Origin: Botryllus schlosseri | Lineage: Eukaryota | NCBI GenBank assembly: GCA_051294905.1 | Contig: CM119371.1 | Coordinates: forward strand, 39,806,001 to 39,870,000 | Direction: 5' to 3' | Length of the DNA stretch: 64,000 bases | Translations under genes and position numbers: made by a program | In this document: positions 39,753-52,044 of the stretch, piece after piece | Layout: each line of letters opens with the position of its first letter | How positions within the stretch are numbered: position 1 is the first letter of the stretch | The notes under the pieces: generated by a model | The model's input: the letters and a program-made list of their open reading frames with translations, nothing else | Told to the model about the DNA's origin: nothing | Database searches by the model: none

Positions 39753-40986
39753 CAGGGGTTCTCAACCCGCGGCCCGCGGGCCGCATGCGGCCCGCCGACG
39801 ATTATTTTGCGGCCCGCGACATCTTCCATTATGAACGCAATTGCTACTGGCACAGTATTGTTATGGAAGACCGATGTGTCATATTTGTCGAAGAACAGTT
39901 GTTGTAACGAAGCGTAGAAGCTTAAAATGATACCACGATAGTTTCTTCTGGAGTTATACATATCGCCTGATCTTAGGTAAAACGTTGCTAGCTTGGTGTC
40001 AAGCCCAGCAATCCATATTTCGAGGCATTGTTAAAATTGCCGACGACGTTACCGACGCATTGTTCAAAATTCTTAGAATATCGCTAAACCCAAGAATCTG
40101 CGAGAGAAGGTGTGACTGCTATAAAACTTCAACGTACTGTGCGAATATTCGCTGTTTCTGCAACTTAGCAGCAAGGCCAACACAACATCACCTGACAAAT
40201 TTCGAAGCTACAGTTGTCTGATTCAATCGTCACCAGAAGAGTAGCAGCGCAGTCTCAGTCGATGTTTTATCGCGTGTTCTGAAACACGTTGCCACGTAGA
40301 CTACTTCAGCCTCTAGGGTTGGACGAATCCACCGACTTCACACACATTGTATAGCTAATTATCCAGATGCGTTTTATCAGATTGGACATGGACATATTTC
40401 CAGAGTAAATGCTGATGGGGCAAACGTGCGAAGGGGACCAGTGAAAAACTTCAACTGGAGAAAGCTGACTTCTGTAACTATGTGTTGGGCTCCAGTAATG
40501 GAAAAATGAGATGGGTTGATTGGTTTGCTCAGAAATGACCCCGCACACCAGACTTCTTCTCGTATCACTGAGAGCTCAAAATGATAATGGCCTCTGTAAC
40601 AAATAACGTAATCTGAACGTAATTTTATACTTGCTCGCTCACGCATTGAAACAGAGGTTTGATTCTATGGTGGAAAGGTTTGAAGGTGCATATACCGACT
40701 TGCAACGAATGCTATTCGCACGCTCCATTAAGGGATTTACTTGCGCGGCTGAAAGATAGATATTGTCACAAAAAAAAAAAACAGCAACTGCAAACTTACG
40801 AACGCTGTCCAATATTGCTTAGAATGCCTTAAAATGTACTAAATGTCCGTATAAGACTGGTAAATAGGCTACAGTAGCCTAAATTTAATAGTAGCCCACA
40901 AATACGTGGCGATGATGTTATGCGGCCCGCGGCGCCTTTTGTTGTTACAATGCGGCCCGTTATACGAGCGAAGTTGAGAACCCCTG
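39753..40986 (-). mobile_element. Charlie/Buster-type hAT deletion derivative with transposase remnants
   Basis: CAGGGGTTCTCAAC...GTTGAGAACCCCTG; perfect TSD ATCTAACG; remnants such as IILSFYASL resemble the C-terminal part of Buster/GTF2IRD2-like transposases. Confidence 0.88.
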
Positions 40987-42007
40987 ATCTAACGTATAAT
41001 GAATGTTATTTATTTCTCGGAAGCAAGTCATTATCAAAACATAGTGATCCGAATTATCGCAGAGCAATACCGATTTTGCGTAAATTCCGTTATGCGTCTG
41101 ACTACGTTACCAAGGATTATGTAGTTAGTTACGAAATTAGGTTTGCTATCTTCCCAATCGGTATGGAACAACATCAAAATCATCACAAAGCAATATCGAC
41201 TTTTGCGTGAATTCTGTTATGCGTATTACTACGTTACTATGCGCACCTGCTTACAGGCGTCCAGACGTGGACTTTCTACAATATTCGCTCCTAACATTAT
41301 AGCAGCACCCGACGCAGCTTACAGTATTACGTTATAAGACGCCGGCGGCGTTTCATTGTCGATTTAATCACCCTTATTCTAGTGACATGAAAAGGACTGA
41401 ATCCTATGAAAGGTGGTGACTACAAGAATCGAGCGAAAGCGTTGTTTCACACCATCTGGTCGTGCTGGATGCGTTCGTGACGTTAACGCTATTAATAAGA
41501 AATTAATGAACATTAATTAATTAGTGATGATGCCATTTCTAAATATTTACAGAGGTTTTGTGTATCATATATAGTCTTAAATACACATAAATTGATTCTG
41601 CTGAGGAAAGTATCTAAATGTGTACCCTTAGAAATCGTATTCCCATAAACCACGCCTAGTTCAACGTTGATGAGTGTCATTTCTCTAGTGTTTTCGTGAA
41701 CATAGATAGCCTTAAATACACATACAATCATGCGAAGTTGATCGTGCGAAATGTGCGTAGAATTTTAATATATCATCATAAAAATCGCGCCTAGTTCAAC
41801 ATGGATGAGTGTTATCTGAGAGGTCATATATTATCCGCGAAAATTCAAAGTCCTAAATACACATAATAGAATATCTGGCGAATATAGTCTTGTATAGATA
41901 TCATAGTTTCCGAAATTTGTGTATAATCTGAATGTTATTTTTCTCTGGAAAGCATGTTATTATTAAGTTTCGGAATTTAATGACTTTTGCAAAATGTACC
42001 CTTAGGG

Positions 42008-43474
42008 CAGGGGTTCTCAACTTCCCTTGTACAACGGGCCGCATTTTTACAAATAAAGACCCTGCGGGCCGCAGAATATTATTATCATGTATTTGCGGGC
42101 TTTTATTAAATTCAGACTACTATAGCCTATTTACCAGTCGTATACTGGCATTTAGTACGTTTTCATGCATTCAGGGGCATTAATGGACAGGGTTCGTAAG
42201 TTTACAGCGGCTGTTTTTTTGTGAGAATATGTATCTTCCAGCGGCGCAAGTAAATCCTCATATGGAGCCTGCATTGCATTCGTTTCCAAGTAAGGTAGGT
42301 ATATGCACCCCCAAACCCTTCCAACAGAGAACTGAACTCCTTGTTTCAATGCGTGAGTGAGCAAGTAAGTATGAATTTACGGCCACTCTTTCGTTACAGA
42401 GGCCATTATCATGACTTTCAGCTCTCAGTGATATGAGAAGAAGTCTGTTGTTTGGGGTCATTTCTGAGCAAACCAATCCACCCTTCTCCTTTCCTTCCAT
42501 GGCTGGTGGAACCCTGCACCAACAGTTACAGGAGTCAGCTTTGTAAATTTGTTGTTTTTCGCATTTCCTCTGCAAATATGTCTACTCTGATAAAATGCAC
42601 CCAGATACTTAGCTGGAATCGGTGGATTCGTCCAATGCTAGGCTAAAGTAGTCTACGCGGCAACATGGTTCTGAAATGCGATAAAAGATCGACCGGCATT
42701 GCTGTTACTCTTCTAGTCACGGTTGAATCAGACAACTGTAGCTTCGAAATTTGTCAGGTCATGATGTCATCGCTGCTAAGTTCGGGAAACAGCGAATATT
42801 CGCACAGTATATTGAAGGCGTATTGAAATCACACCTTCTCTAGCAGATTTCTTTGGTTTAACGATATTCTGAGCACTTTTGAACAATGCGTCTGTAACGT
42901 CGCTGCCAATTTTTACAATGCCAGAAATATGGATTGCTGGGCTTGCCACCAAGCTTGCATCGTTTTTTCTAAGATCAGGCGATATGTGAAACTCCAGAAG
43001 AAACAGGCGTGGTACAGGCGTGGTATCATTTTAAGCTTCGACGCTTCGTTACGACAACTGTTTTTTGACAAATATGACACATCGGTTTTCCATTTATATC
43101 TGGGAAAGCAAATTCATTGCTCCACGCAGAGTTACAAACCCAGCTTTCGACGTTCTCGTTCCTAGTACTTATGTCTGCTCAAACCATTCAAGGTGTGTGA
43201 CACACTTTTTAAAAGTGTTCTACGCAGCGGGATTCTCTTGAAGCAGAGTGCAGCCAAATACTGATTCAAAACAATATCAATCTACACTTCAGCATAGGCC
43301 TATATCATGATACCAGAACTCATCAAAGAATGAATAATCAAACGACACAGAAACAGTGCGATAAGAAAGCTAAGTAGCTAAATTAATGCAACAATTCTGT
43401 GCCAGCAGTAATTGCTTCCGTAATGAAAGATTTCGCGGGCCGCAAAAGAAACGTCTGCGGGTTGAGAACCCCTG
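42008..43474 (+). mobile_element. Charlie/Buster-type hAT deletion derivative, related to 39753-40986, opposite orientation
   Basis: CAGGGGTTCTCAAC...GTTGAGAACCCCTG; perfect TSD CCTTAGGG; degenerate transposase-like pieces (HTFSSRF, IILSFDASL). Confidence 0.88.
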
Positions 43475-43946
43475 CCTTAGGGTATGAAAAGGGGCGTGGT
43501 AATTAGGATGACGTGGCGCTCTCTGATTGGACGGTACCAAACGATTCCCATAACACTACTGAGGAGAGGTTTAATTTTAGTACTCGAAAAAAACGTTTTT
43601 TACTACACGACTCGAATCATTAAAATTAATACTCGATTCAAATTCGAGTACTCGAATCGTTGTGCCCACCCCTAGTTACATCTGATTGAACAAATGCGCA
43701 TACATTGACCTCAATCAACGAGATATATGTAGGCGCAAGTCACCGAGCGATATCATTTGTTTGTTTCAGTTGATATCGCAACATTACGTGGTCGTTGGTG
43801 CATTGACATTGTTACATATTTACTATGTGACAACTTCAAACTTTGTAGCGTCGAATTTACGGCGATTCAAAATTCGTAACATAATACACCGAAGTGGATG
43901 CCGCGATTACGGAATGAAATGTTCTCGAATTATTTAAATGAGAAAC

Positions 43947-45250
43947 CGTGCTGGGGGGATGGTTGCAGCACCGTAACTGCCGCACCCCAAACCCCCTAAT
44001 TGGGTGGGTGGCGAGCTCGAAGGGAGCCCAAAATTATTTCGTGAATTAGCATAAATCATAGAGTATTTTTTGAAAATTTATGCAATTTTTTCAAAAATTT
44101 TTCGTGCTGCGTGCGAATGCAAGTAGCCATTTCTCTATTTTATTGGGTATTGGCCCATTACGGCGCCACGACCCACCAAGACATACAATCAAGTTTAGGC
44201 CATATAACATGCGACTCCAAGAAGTGTGCCAGAACGATCGGAAGCGAGAAAAGCTTGGCCGAAAAGGTCTATGCCCTTATACTGACCAAAGACTTCTTTA
44301 TATAGGCAATACAAAATACATATAGGTTCTATTGTCCACAAGCGCCTAAATGACTGGCGCCGAATGTCCCTGTCTTTGCAATCTGAACCTCACAAGACAA
44401 ATACCATCCCGCTGGGAAAAAAATTTATGCCAGTGAAGAAATACTAATTTGAAATCGTGTGCGTCTCTTAGTTTAGAAGCCTACGTTTGGGCGAATCTAT
44501 ATTTTTTGATATAGCAGACTGGAAGTCGCGAAATAGCATCATGTAACAAAGTCATATCAACGGGTCCGCCCGCCCGAAGATGTTTAATCATTATTTACGG
44601 GCCCTCCCGTTTTCACTTCACTCAGCTCTACCGGTAAATCTAATTACGTGAGGAGAGCGCACAATAAATTGATAGCATAATATATATGCAATCGCCGATC
44701 TGGTTGACCGATTTTATCATAAATCACCGAAAATTTTCGCGCTTCATGCTGACTAACTATACAGTACAGATAATTTCGTGACAAACGCGAACAACGTGAT
44801 GGGGGTCGTTTTATCACCCTATGGGAGCCCAAGACCCACGTTTTTGGGGCCTGACGAGGTGCTGTTTCGTACCTGCCAATGGGTATACGCCCGAAGATGT
44901 TTAATTATTATTGAATGGTCCTACCTTTTTAAACACACCTCACTCAGCTCTACTGGCGTATCTGATTACGTGAGCAGAGAGAAGAAAAAAATTGATAACA
45001 ATATATGCAATTCCCTATCATACTGACCGATGAAATCAAGAATTCTAGAAATTTTCCGCGCTTCGCGCGCTTAGGCGGCAAAAGCTGATTCACTAACCAA
45101 ACTCCTAATGAATATGATGAATAGCGGTAAACAGTGTACCGCCGGAGGTGGGTCTGGGGGGCAAAGCCCGCCGAAGTTCGGTCTATAACCCTATGGGGGC
45201 CCAAGACCAAAGTTTTTTGGGGGGGCTGACGAAGTGCTGTTACGGCCCTG
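43947..45250. mobile_element. Degenerate hAT-like element with an internal duplication
   Basis: Ends in ACGGCCCTG; 44160-44720 is homologous to 47518-48040; 44570-44720 is duplicated at 44888-45060. Confidence 0.55.
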
Positions 45251-45432
45251 GATGGTTCCCTTCATAAATCCCTAAATTATTCAAATAATAAATCCAAATA
45301 ATCCACAGCCTTTGACGTCTTTTCGATATCATTAGGGATGGGAATACAATAGTTAGTTCACACGTTTTAGCAAGAGGAATCTGCTCAATGTCACCGGTAT
45401 AGTTGCAATCTTTCTCAGTACATAGTATAAAA

Positions 45433-45726
45433 TAGGCTTACCATATTTTGGAAATCTAAAAGAGGACACTTTGCTCTCCACATTGATAGGTGATTGACTA
45501 AAAAAAACGGTTAATGTTTCGCGCAGACCTCAAATCACCGTTTTTCGCTCCGAAATAACCGTCGGATCGTCACTTCTGTGCTAATTTACGGCATATCACT
45601 CGCATTTTGCTCTAAATGTGACCTAAATTTTCAAAAAAGAGGACAAAAGGGCGTCCTCCGAGGACACTTTCAATAATGTCAAAAAGGAGGACAAATCCTC
45701 TTAAAAGAGGACGTGTGGTAACCCTA
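45433..45726. mobile_element. hAT-Blackjack-like MITE
   Basis: TAGGCTTACCA...TGGTAACCCTA; perfect TSD GTATAAAA. Confidence 0.9.
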
Positions 45727-47329
45727 GTATAAAATCATATATTGTATATAAATTATTGTCTATCAACCTGGGTTTGACCAAGACTTGATCAACAAATTAT
45801 ATTCAGTTCCTATCAAATATGCTTTCATCTCGTGGCTATGGCATGCCCGTACAGTCGGATGGGCTCGTTTCGCACCATACAGCTCACCTGTTGCTTGTGC
45901 AGGAAATCAGAAATGAGATAAGTATTAAAATATAGCATCGAAACAATATACCAAACATAAATGCAATGACTTGACAATGACTTACTTCGCACATTAATGT
46001 TTCAGAGGTAAGAAAGTGCGAGACTGAATTTTTTCGTGGATAGCAGGATTGTGGGTAAATATGCGTGTTCCTAAATGAAATTGTAACGATAAACGTCACC
46101 ATCGCCACTATCAGATCGATATGACGTGTTTGGAATTATGACAATTTAATGTACAGAGCCTGCGCATTGTGAGCAATCATGGAAATGCAAGATCGATAGC
46201 TGTCACGCAACAAATATTCGTCCTAGGTATTCCGACATCAATATATAATATGCTAATCATTAATGAAATATTGCGCCGAACTCTTTTCTTGAAAAGTGAC
46301 AATTGTACGGTTTCTTATTGAAATGACTCCGATAACTGACTGGTCGTGACCTATCTTCTGATTACTAGCAATCGAATTCCGTCCTATATATTGATAAATT
46401 TGTAAAGGCGCAACAAGACACACGCTCTGCAATAATTGGTTTAACGCAATCAGCAATATCGTAATATAATAGTCGAATAGTTCATCGGTCGCCTTTTCTA
46501 TCGCTAGCGGGTCGTTATTTATTGACAATTAGCAAACATTCCGTACTCCAATAAACCAGAGGAGAGCGACCGAGCATTCATCTGGTATGGACTGCGATAT
46601 GATTCATAATTCTGACAGCTATCCGAGGCTTCACGATTTCGCTTCGTATCAGTTCTTTTTGAAAAATCTCATCAACGAGTCGAACATTCGAAACTCTATC
46701 AACGAGTCGACCATTCTAAATTCTAAATCCTATATTTAAGTATATATTCCGAAAACTTATTGAACTTCATTTGCAAAGCAATCTATTTCGTTCAGTTGTT
46801 GACAAATTAGCGACGAATAGCCAGGAATTACACGTCAACTTTTAAATCATAAAACGAGTTCAGCCATAAAAATATATGCTTGACATCGAGTGATATATGG
46901 TTTGTTTGTTTCAGTTGACACTCCAAGATACCATGATCTTGTACTGTGTACATTGCGTCGCTATAAATTAACTTGGCGAGTCTGCACTTTTGTATCGTCT
47001 TACGCCTAGTCGTTTGGAATTCCCAACGCACAACATCGAATTCGTACTCAAATTAGTACCATAGTACGGTTTCAAAATGTTTCAGCTCATGTGAATTCTG
47101 GTCGGAGCGGAAAAGTTCGTGTGACTGCCTCTGCTTGGCAAGCGATTATTTCATTTTCTAATAATCAGGAGTTTCGGAATGCTATTCCTGGGCCTGCTTA
47201 CTTGCCCGCATATGCTCGCAGTCGAAGTTGACTCACCAGAATGATCGAAGTTTGCTTCGGATCGGCGCCAGCAGTCTGTAGAATAGAATGGGCATAGAAT
47301 AGATTGGGAACAATAAATTTATTTTGCTG

Positions 47330-48040
47330 CTACAAGAAAAGAAACAAAATCAAACGTTCGACAAGCATCGAGATCTTTCAAAATAACTCCATATGCCACA
47401 ACGATGACGAGCCACTGACATATGTAATGATACTGCGTTAGCAAGAAATGGTAAAATATAATAGAAAATTCCCCATAGATGACCAGGAAGATGATGACAT
47501 TTCGTCGTCGGCATTTCTGCGCCACGACGCACCAAGACTTGAGGTTTTAGAGGCCATGTAACATGCGACTCCGAAAAGTCTGCCTGAACGATCGGCAGCG
47601 AGAGAACCTTGGTCGAAAAGGAATGCCCTTATCCTGGCCGAAAACTAGATCTAAATGCATATATCTTTAGTTGTCTACTGGCGCTCAAATAACTGTCGCC
47701 GAATATTCCTGTCCTGACAATCTGAATCCCACGTGAAAAATGTCATCCCGCAGAGAATTATTTGTCAGTGCAGAAATACAAATTTGAAATCGCCAGCGTC
47801 TTTCAGTTTAGTCTGTTTGGGCGGTTTCAAAATCTTTTGACATATCAGACAGGAAGTCACGAAATAACATCTTGTAACTAACTCATTACACAAACGGGTC
47901 CTCTCGAATATGTTTGATATTTTTACGGGTACTACATGTTCCAAGACACCTCACTTAGTTCTACTGGAAAATCTGTTAATGTGAGCAGAAAGAGGATAAA
48001 ATATATTTATAGCAATATGTAGGCATTGCCCGATTTTATT
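47330..48040 (+). repeat. Dispersed repeat fragment inserted in copy G
   Basis: Colinear with 44160-44720. Confidence 0.65.
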
Positions 48041-48689
48041 GACCGCTTCAATCAACAATTTCAACGAGGATTTGGCTAGGCCGGACATGCGTGTTCTTAG
48101 GAGTGAAACACCGCTTTCTATATTTGCGCCAGTTTTATGTCAAAGACAAATTACACAGTTGCGAACACCCCATCTATCAGGCTTACGGAATCTATTACTG
48201 TACTTCAAGCTAACGATAACATAAGCAGTAAGCCCTGATCATTTCGTTTGCGACAAATGTATCTTAACCATTATTGTTACCTCGTCCGTTTAATGTGGCT
48301 TATTTGTGAGGCGGCGAATCAGCGATTTCAAACATTATATTCATAAAGAATCATAACTGAAACTTTCACCGCGGCCTTCGATTCTCTCCCGCCACATTAA
48401 AACCGTATTTAAATAAGTGGCATTTAATACAAAATCCCAATTCGCACACTCATAGGCGCCGAGTCACGGCCACCCCATACAATAAGATTATGCGCCCTCC
48501 CTCTGCGATTTCAAATCATCAGCGCTGTCAATTAGCGAGTCTGTGATAGCGCGTAAATGCCAACCATTTACCATTAACCGATACTCGCGCGAATAATTGA
48601 ATACGCAGCTTCGTTGGTGACGACGAACTAGCAACTAGTGCATAACACGCCCCAATAAATTGTAATCCGTGATTAGTAAGATAAGTTTT

Positions 48690-49401
48690 TGTTGCGGTTA
48701 AATCCGTGGAAAGTGGCATTTATTTGAAAAAAAAGTTGCACGACCACATTTTGCTTGCTTGACTAAAAGGAAAGGACGTTGTTTATTTTTATCCTTGATG
48801 TTTTTGCGGCATTTACACCGACTCATGATACACATACACGCGATCTTCGCATATGCATACCATGAGTACATGATGTGCATATGCCGCTGGACAAGGAAGT
48901 GCAGATATAGCCTTTACAGCTTTCTAAGTCATGCACCACCCCTCCATGCTATCCCAGTAATGCATGAGCACCAAGCAGGGAAGCCATGGATACCAGTGTT
49001 ACTAATCAGGTCTTTGGTCTGACCCCGGCCGGGAATCGAGCCCACGACCTACCGATCAAGAAGCAGGACGCTTAACCATTACGCTATCTTGTTGCTTGAC
49101 TAAAAAAGGTCAATTTCCCGGCTCAGCTCCCGAAATACCCGTAAAAGCCTTACTTCGGTGCTGATTTACGGTGTTTCAGTCGCATTTCACCAGAATCGAC
49201 AATACTTGCACGAAAAATCAAGAAAGTTGCAAAATGTTGCAAAAAGTTGCATGGAAAATAATGGACAAAAGTTGCAAAAAGTTTCACTATAAGATTCCTT
49301 CAAACAGCTTGAAACAGCATTCTACATAACTTATGAGTATTTAGGAAGCTGCCGAAAGCTGTAAAAAAAGTTGCAAAAGTTGTAAAAACTTGCCCTAGAC
49401 T
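48690..49401. mobile_element. Degenerate MITE with AAAAGTTGCA repeats, hosting the SINE
   Basis: Repeated aaaagttgca motifs on both sides of the SINE; flanked by a duplicated cgtgattagtaa. Confidence 0.55.
48769..49091 (-). mobile_element. tRNA-derived SINE with a Meta-like central domain (MetaSINE-like)
   Basis: A box TAGCGTAATGG, B box-like GGCTCGATTCC, then GGGTCAGACCAAAGAC...TGGTATCCATGGCTTCCCTGCTTGGTGCTCATGCATTA; 14-bp TSD TTGCTTGACTAAAA (48755-48768 and 49092-49105). Confidence 0.85.
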
Positions 49402-49924
49402 GATCGTGATTAGTAATCAGACAATCGAAACAACGTCGATTTCGGCACACTTGCGCTGAGAAACACCAGCTCTCTCGACCGGACGAACGAATTCGCGTTC
49501 TCCTTCTAATAGATTCTATTGGCGCTTATATTCGTTTACAAAATAATTCTGGAGTTAGTTCCGTGATAGTCTCTTTAACTGGAGGCTTGGAGCACGAAAT
49601 AGGACAGTGTCCTGGTGCATGTGTAATGAACAATTTGCATGCCTGCGAATTGAAAGTCATTCCTGCGCAAAGTGCGCAGATTCATTACTCTAACAAGGCT
49701 TTGCCAACTTTTGTCAGGAAATGCAACAATGCAGATCAAAGAATTGTCGCTATGTCAGACTTGGAACCCCATTGTGCAGTAGGCAAGTTGAGGAATTACT
49801 GATTACACGCGCGCTTTCTCGTTTGCTTTCATCTGTAGGCTACTAATTCTTGTCTGCTTTATACACTCGTATTCCCTCGATGTCACTGGTCAGTGTTTGC
49901 TTTGTTATCAATACGGCGCAAATA

Positions 49925-50198
49925 CAGTCCATCCTCAAGATTATACCGGACCCCGACTGACCTATCGATCTAGCTTTCCATGACATGCCGCCCTATTTCT
50001 TGTCGCTTCCTTTTCTATACTATCTTTCTTACTTTCATTCAGTGTGCATGCCTCCTCTTTACATCGCCTATAGGCCAAGGTGGGTGTCTGATTCCATATA
50101 GACAACTCATAGTCGCTTCGACATCCTCCTTTCTTTTCATTGTATCGCATTTTTGTGGTGTATTAATAAAATTGCTAATAAACCAATGATGATGATGA
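49925..50198 (+). mobile_element. ~270-bp retroposon-like element, intact copy
   Basis: Ends aataaaccaa(tga)n; four copies in the window. Confidence 0.75.
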
Positions 50199-51658
50199 CT
50201 GTGCAGTGCACGGCGTTGAATTGCGATGTAAAAAATTGATGCAACACGAGATTCTCGCTGGCGCAAATTCTAAATTTATTCGATTAGTTTGAACGGGCAC
50301 CTGTGTTCAATAAACTTCATGACCGGACGGACTCTATCGAGCGCAACCATGTCGCGGATCGAATTTCAAACCTTTGGGATTTCTATTCATAAGGTCGCGG
50401 AGCGCGCCCATATTGCTCTTATTGCAATAACACATGGGTAATTAAAAGCACACCTTCTTACGGTCAAATTCGACTGGTTGATCGGGGCCTACGTACACCC
50501 CGGGCTGATATTAACCAGCGCGTTGTCGGCATAAAAACCCCAGGTGCGTAGCAAGGGAGTTTCTCATTTACAACTTGAAATCCCGCCCTTTTGAAATGCC
50601 AATTGACTCATTCGTATAATCGATGCTGCGTACTGCAAATTAGCGAGAATCATTTGTATGCGAAATGGGTCATCGATATCTCATGTGCACTTAGTCGCTG
50701 GCTTGATTTAACGCGTCGGCAATCCGCATACACGCCTGCTACCGTCCGCAGAAACACTTTCGTCAAACAGTAACAATCTCCGAGTGTAATATTGTTAGTG
50801 TTCATGTATCTTTTTGATTAAAACTTATGCCCGCGTCTGAACAAATTGTGCTCTATGCCATTGCCGAATCTGGGTATTTAGGTTTGACTCGCGCACACTG
50901 TAATTGTAAATATTGCGGGTTTGCGGCATGTCTGCAATTTCGGTATCAGCGCAACCTTGCCGGCCGATTGTGCAGTCCGATAAAATTGTTCACTACTATG
51001 TATTTTGCACAGCGTACTGATACTGATTTCAGCAAACTAACGATCGTTGTGAAATGTCAAAATTCGACCTCATTGCTAGATACGTAGATTTCATCACGCG
51101 CTCTGAGAAACACTATATCTTCTACCCCGATTTGACGACCAAATATACGTTCACCTACTACAAATTAAAATGCAATAATGCCGATGCCGATAATGACGAT
51201 GACAATGTGGATTTGAGAACGGCATTGTCAAACAGGCGCCACCATTTCCGCTTATCTATGATAAATTACCACACGATACAATCCCTAATAAAGATTTCAA
51301 GGCGTTCGATAACCCCGGTACCCAAGATTTACCAATATATGATTTCATTAGGGTTGAGTGCATCGTAAATGCCAATAAATCAAGTTTTCTAGCTTCGACG
51401 AACTTACGCATAAGCTCCACTCTCGCACGCTGCGCACACACGTAGACCTACATAATAACATAGTAACATATAGTCACTAAAATGTGACGTTTACGCAAGT
51501 AGTGGGGATTCTCGGCAGACTGGGGCCACGGGCTACATTATAATGTAAGACGAGAAACTGTCCGCGGGCCGTATGTTGCCGTTCCCTGGCCTATACTATA
51601 TGCCTGGAACTGAAAACTGAGAATAATTCGCATACCTTGTCCGCCGACATCCTCAAAA

Positions 51659-51660
<2 letters not shown>

Positions 51661-51698
<38 letters not shown>
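51661..51698. repeat. (AG)19 microsatellite
   Basis: Directly visible. Confidence 0.98.
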
Positions 51699-51706
<8 letters not shown>

Positions 51707-52044
51707 ATTGATTCGTCCAACCGAAACGAAAATAACATTGGCGCATGATATTATAACAAGATACTTAACGGTGTAGGACAGGGTGTAATCGATATGACTC
51801 TGGGTAGGGTCAACTAGTCTGATCACACCCTGCATTAACAGTGACAGATATTCTTTATAAATTTGGTTGCATCAGCGTTCCACCTACATATTCGAACAGC
51901 AGCAAAGCAGGATGGTGCTTACAGTCTATCTTCGGTGGATATGCGTCTAATCAGTCTCAATGACCTACGCGTGTATAATGGTTTGATAGAACCGCCGCTG
52001 TGTGGTTCATAGCAATGAAGGGATAAAATCCACATTTAATAGTA

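Larger units (their letters stand above)
33799..43560. mobile_element. Non-autonomous Polinton/Maverick-type element
   Basis: Termini 5'-AGTAGT...ACTACT-3'; perfect 6-bp TSD GAGGAG (33793-33798 and 43561-43566); TIRs about 1.39 kb (33799-35189 vs 39471-43560 after removing two insertions); no polB, integrase or capsid ORF. Confidence 0.85.
31145..43674 (+). mobile_element. hAT-type MITE (TAGGGCTGGGC family) expanded to 12.5 kb by nested insertions
   Basis: TAGGTCTGGGCA...TGCCCACCCCTA; TSD gttacacc/gttacatc; residual pieces 31145-31229, 33233-33798 and 43561-43674 are colinear with intact copies 23796-24307 and 54752-55253. Confidence 0.9.
29500..43940 (-). pseudogene. DCAF1: DCAF1/VprBP-like pseudogene, copy F (coding remnants 29500-31144 and 43675-43940), split by a 12.5-kb TE nest
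   Basis: QLKQTNDI~DLKQTNDV near 43760; FVQSGVTCCLLI (joined across the nest)~FVAHGGVQKLLEI; AVLLENDPGHVNKF~PVLQDKRSDHVKF; GEIDVNFYDFSNGIKLIILCN~[30 protein letters not shown]~YLAVIENQG. Confidence 0.7.
45300..48222 (-). pseudogene. DCAF1: DCAF1/VprBP-like pseudogene, copy G (N-terminus to armadillo-like region)
   Basis: ATG at 48222; GVSLLRTRMSGL~MVPILTRMSQL; QLKQTNHISLDVKHI~DLKQTNDVLLTFEALKHL; IEKATDELFDYYITILLIALNQL~TGKHTCMALRKYFEAHLAIKLEQV; YPRKNSVSHFL~YARNDTVRFAL. Confidence 0.68.

Noticed and set aside
49020..49091. tRNA gene
   Set aside because: No proper acceptor or anticodon stems; it continues into a SINE body flanked by a TSD.
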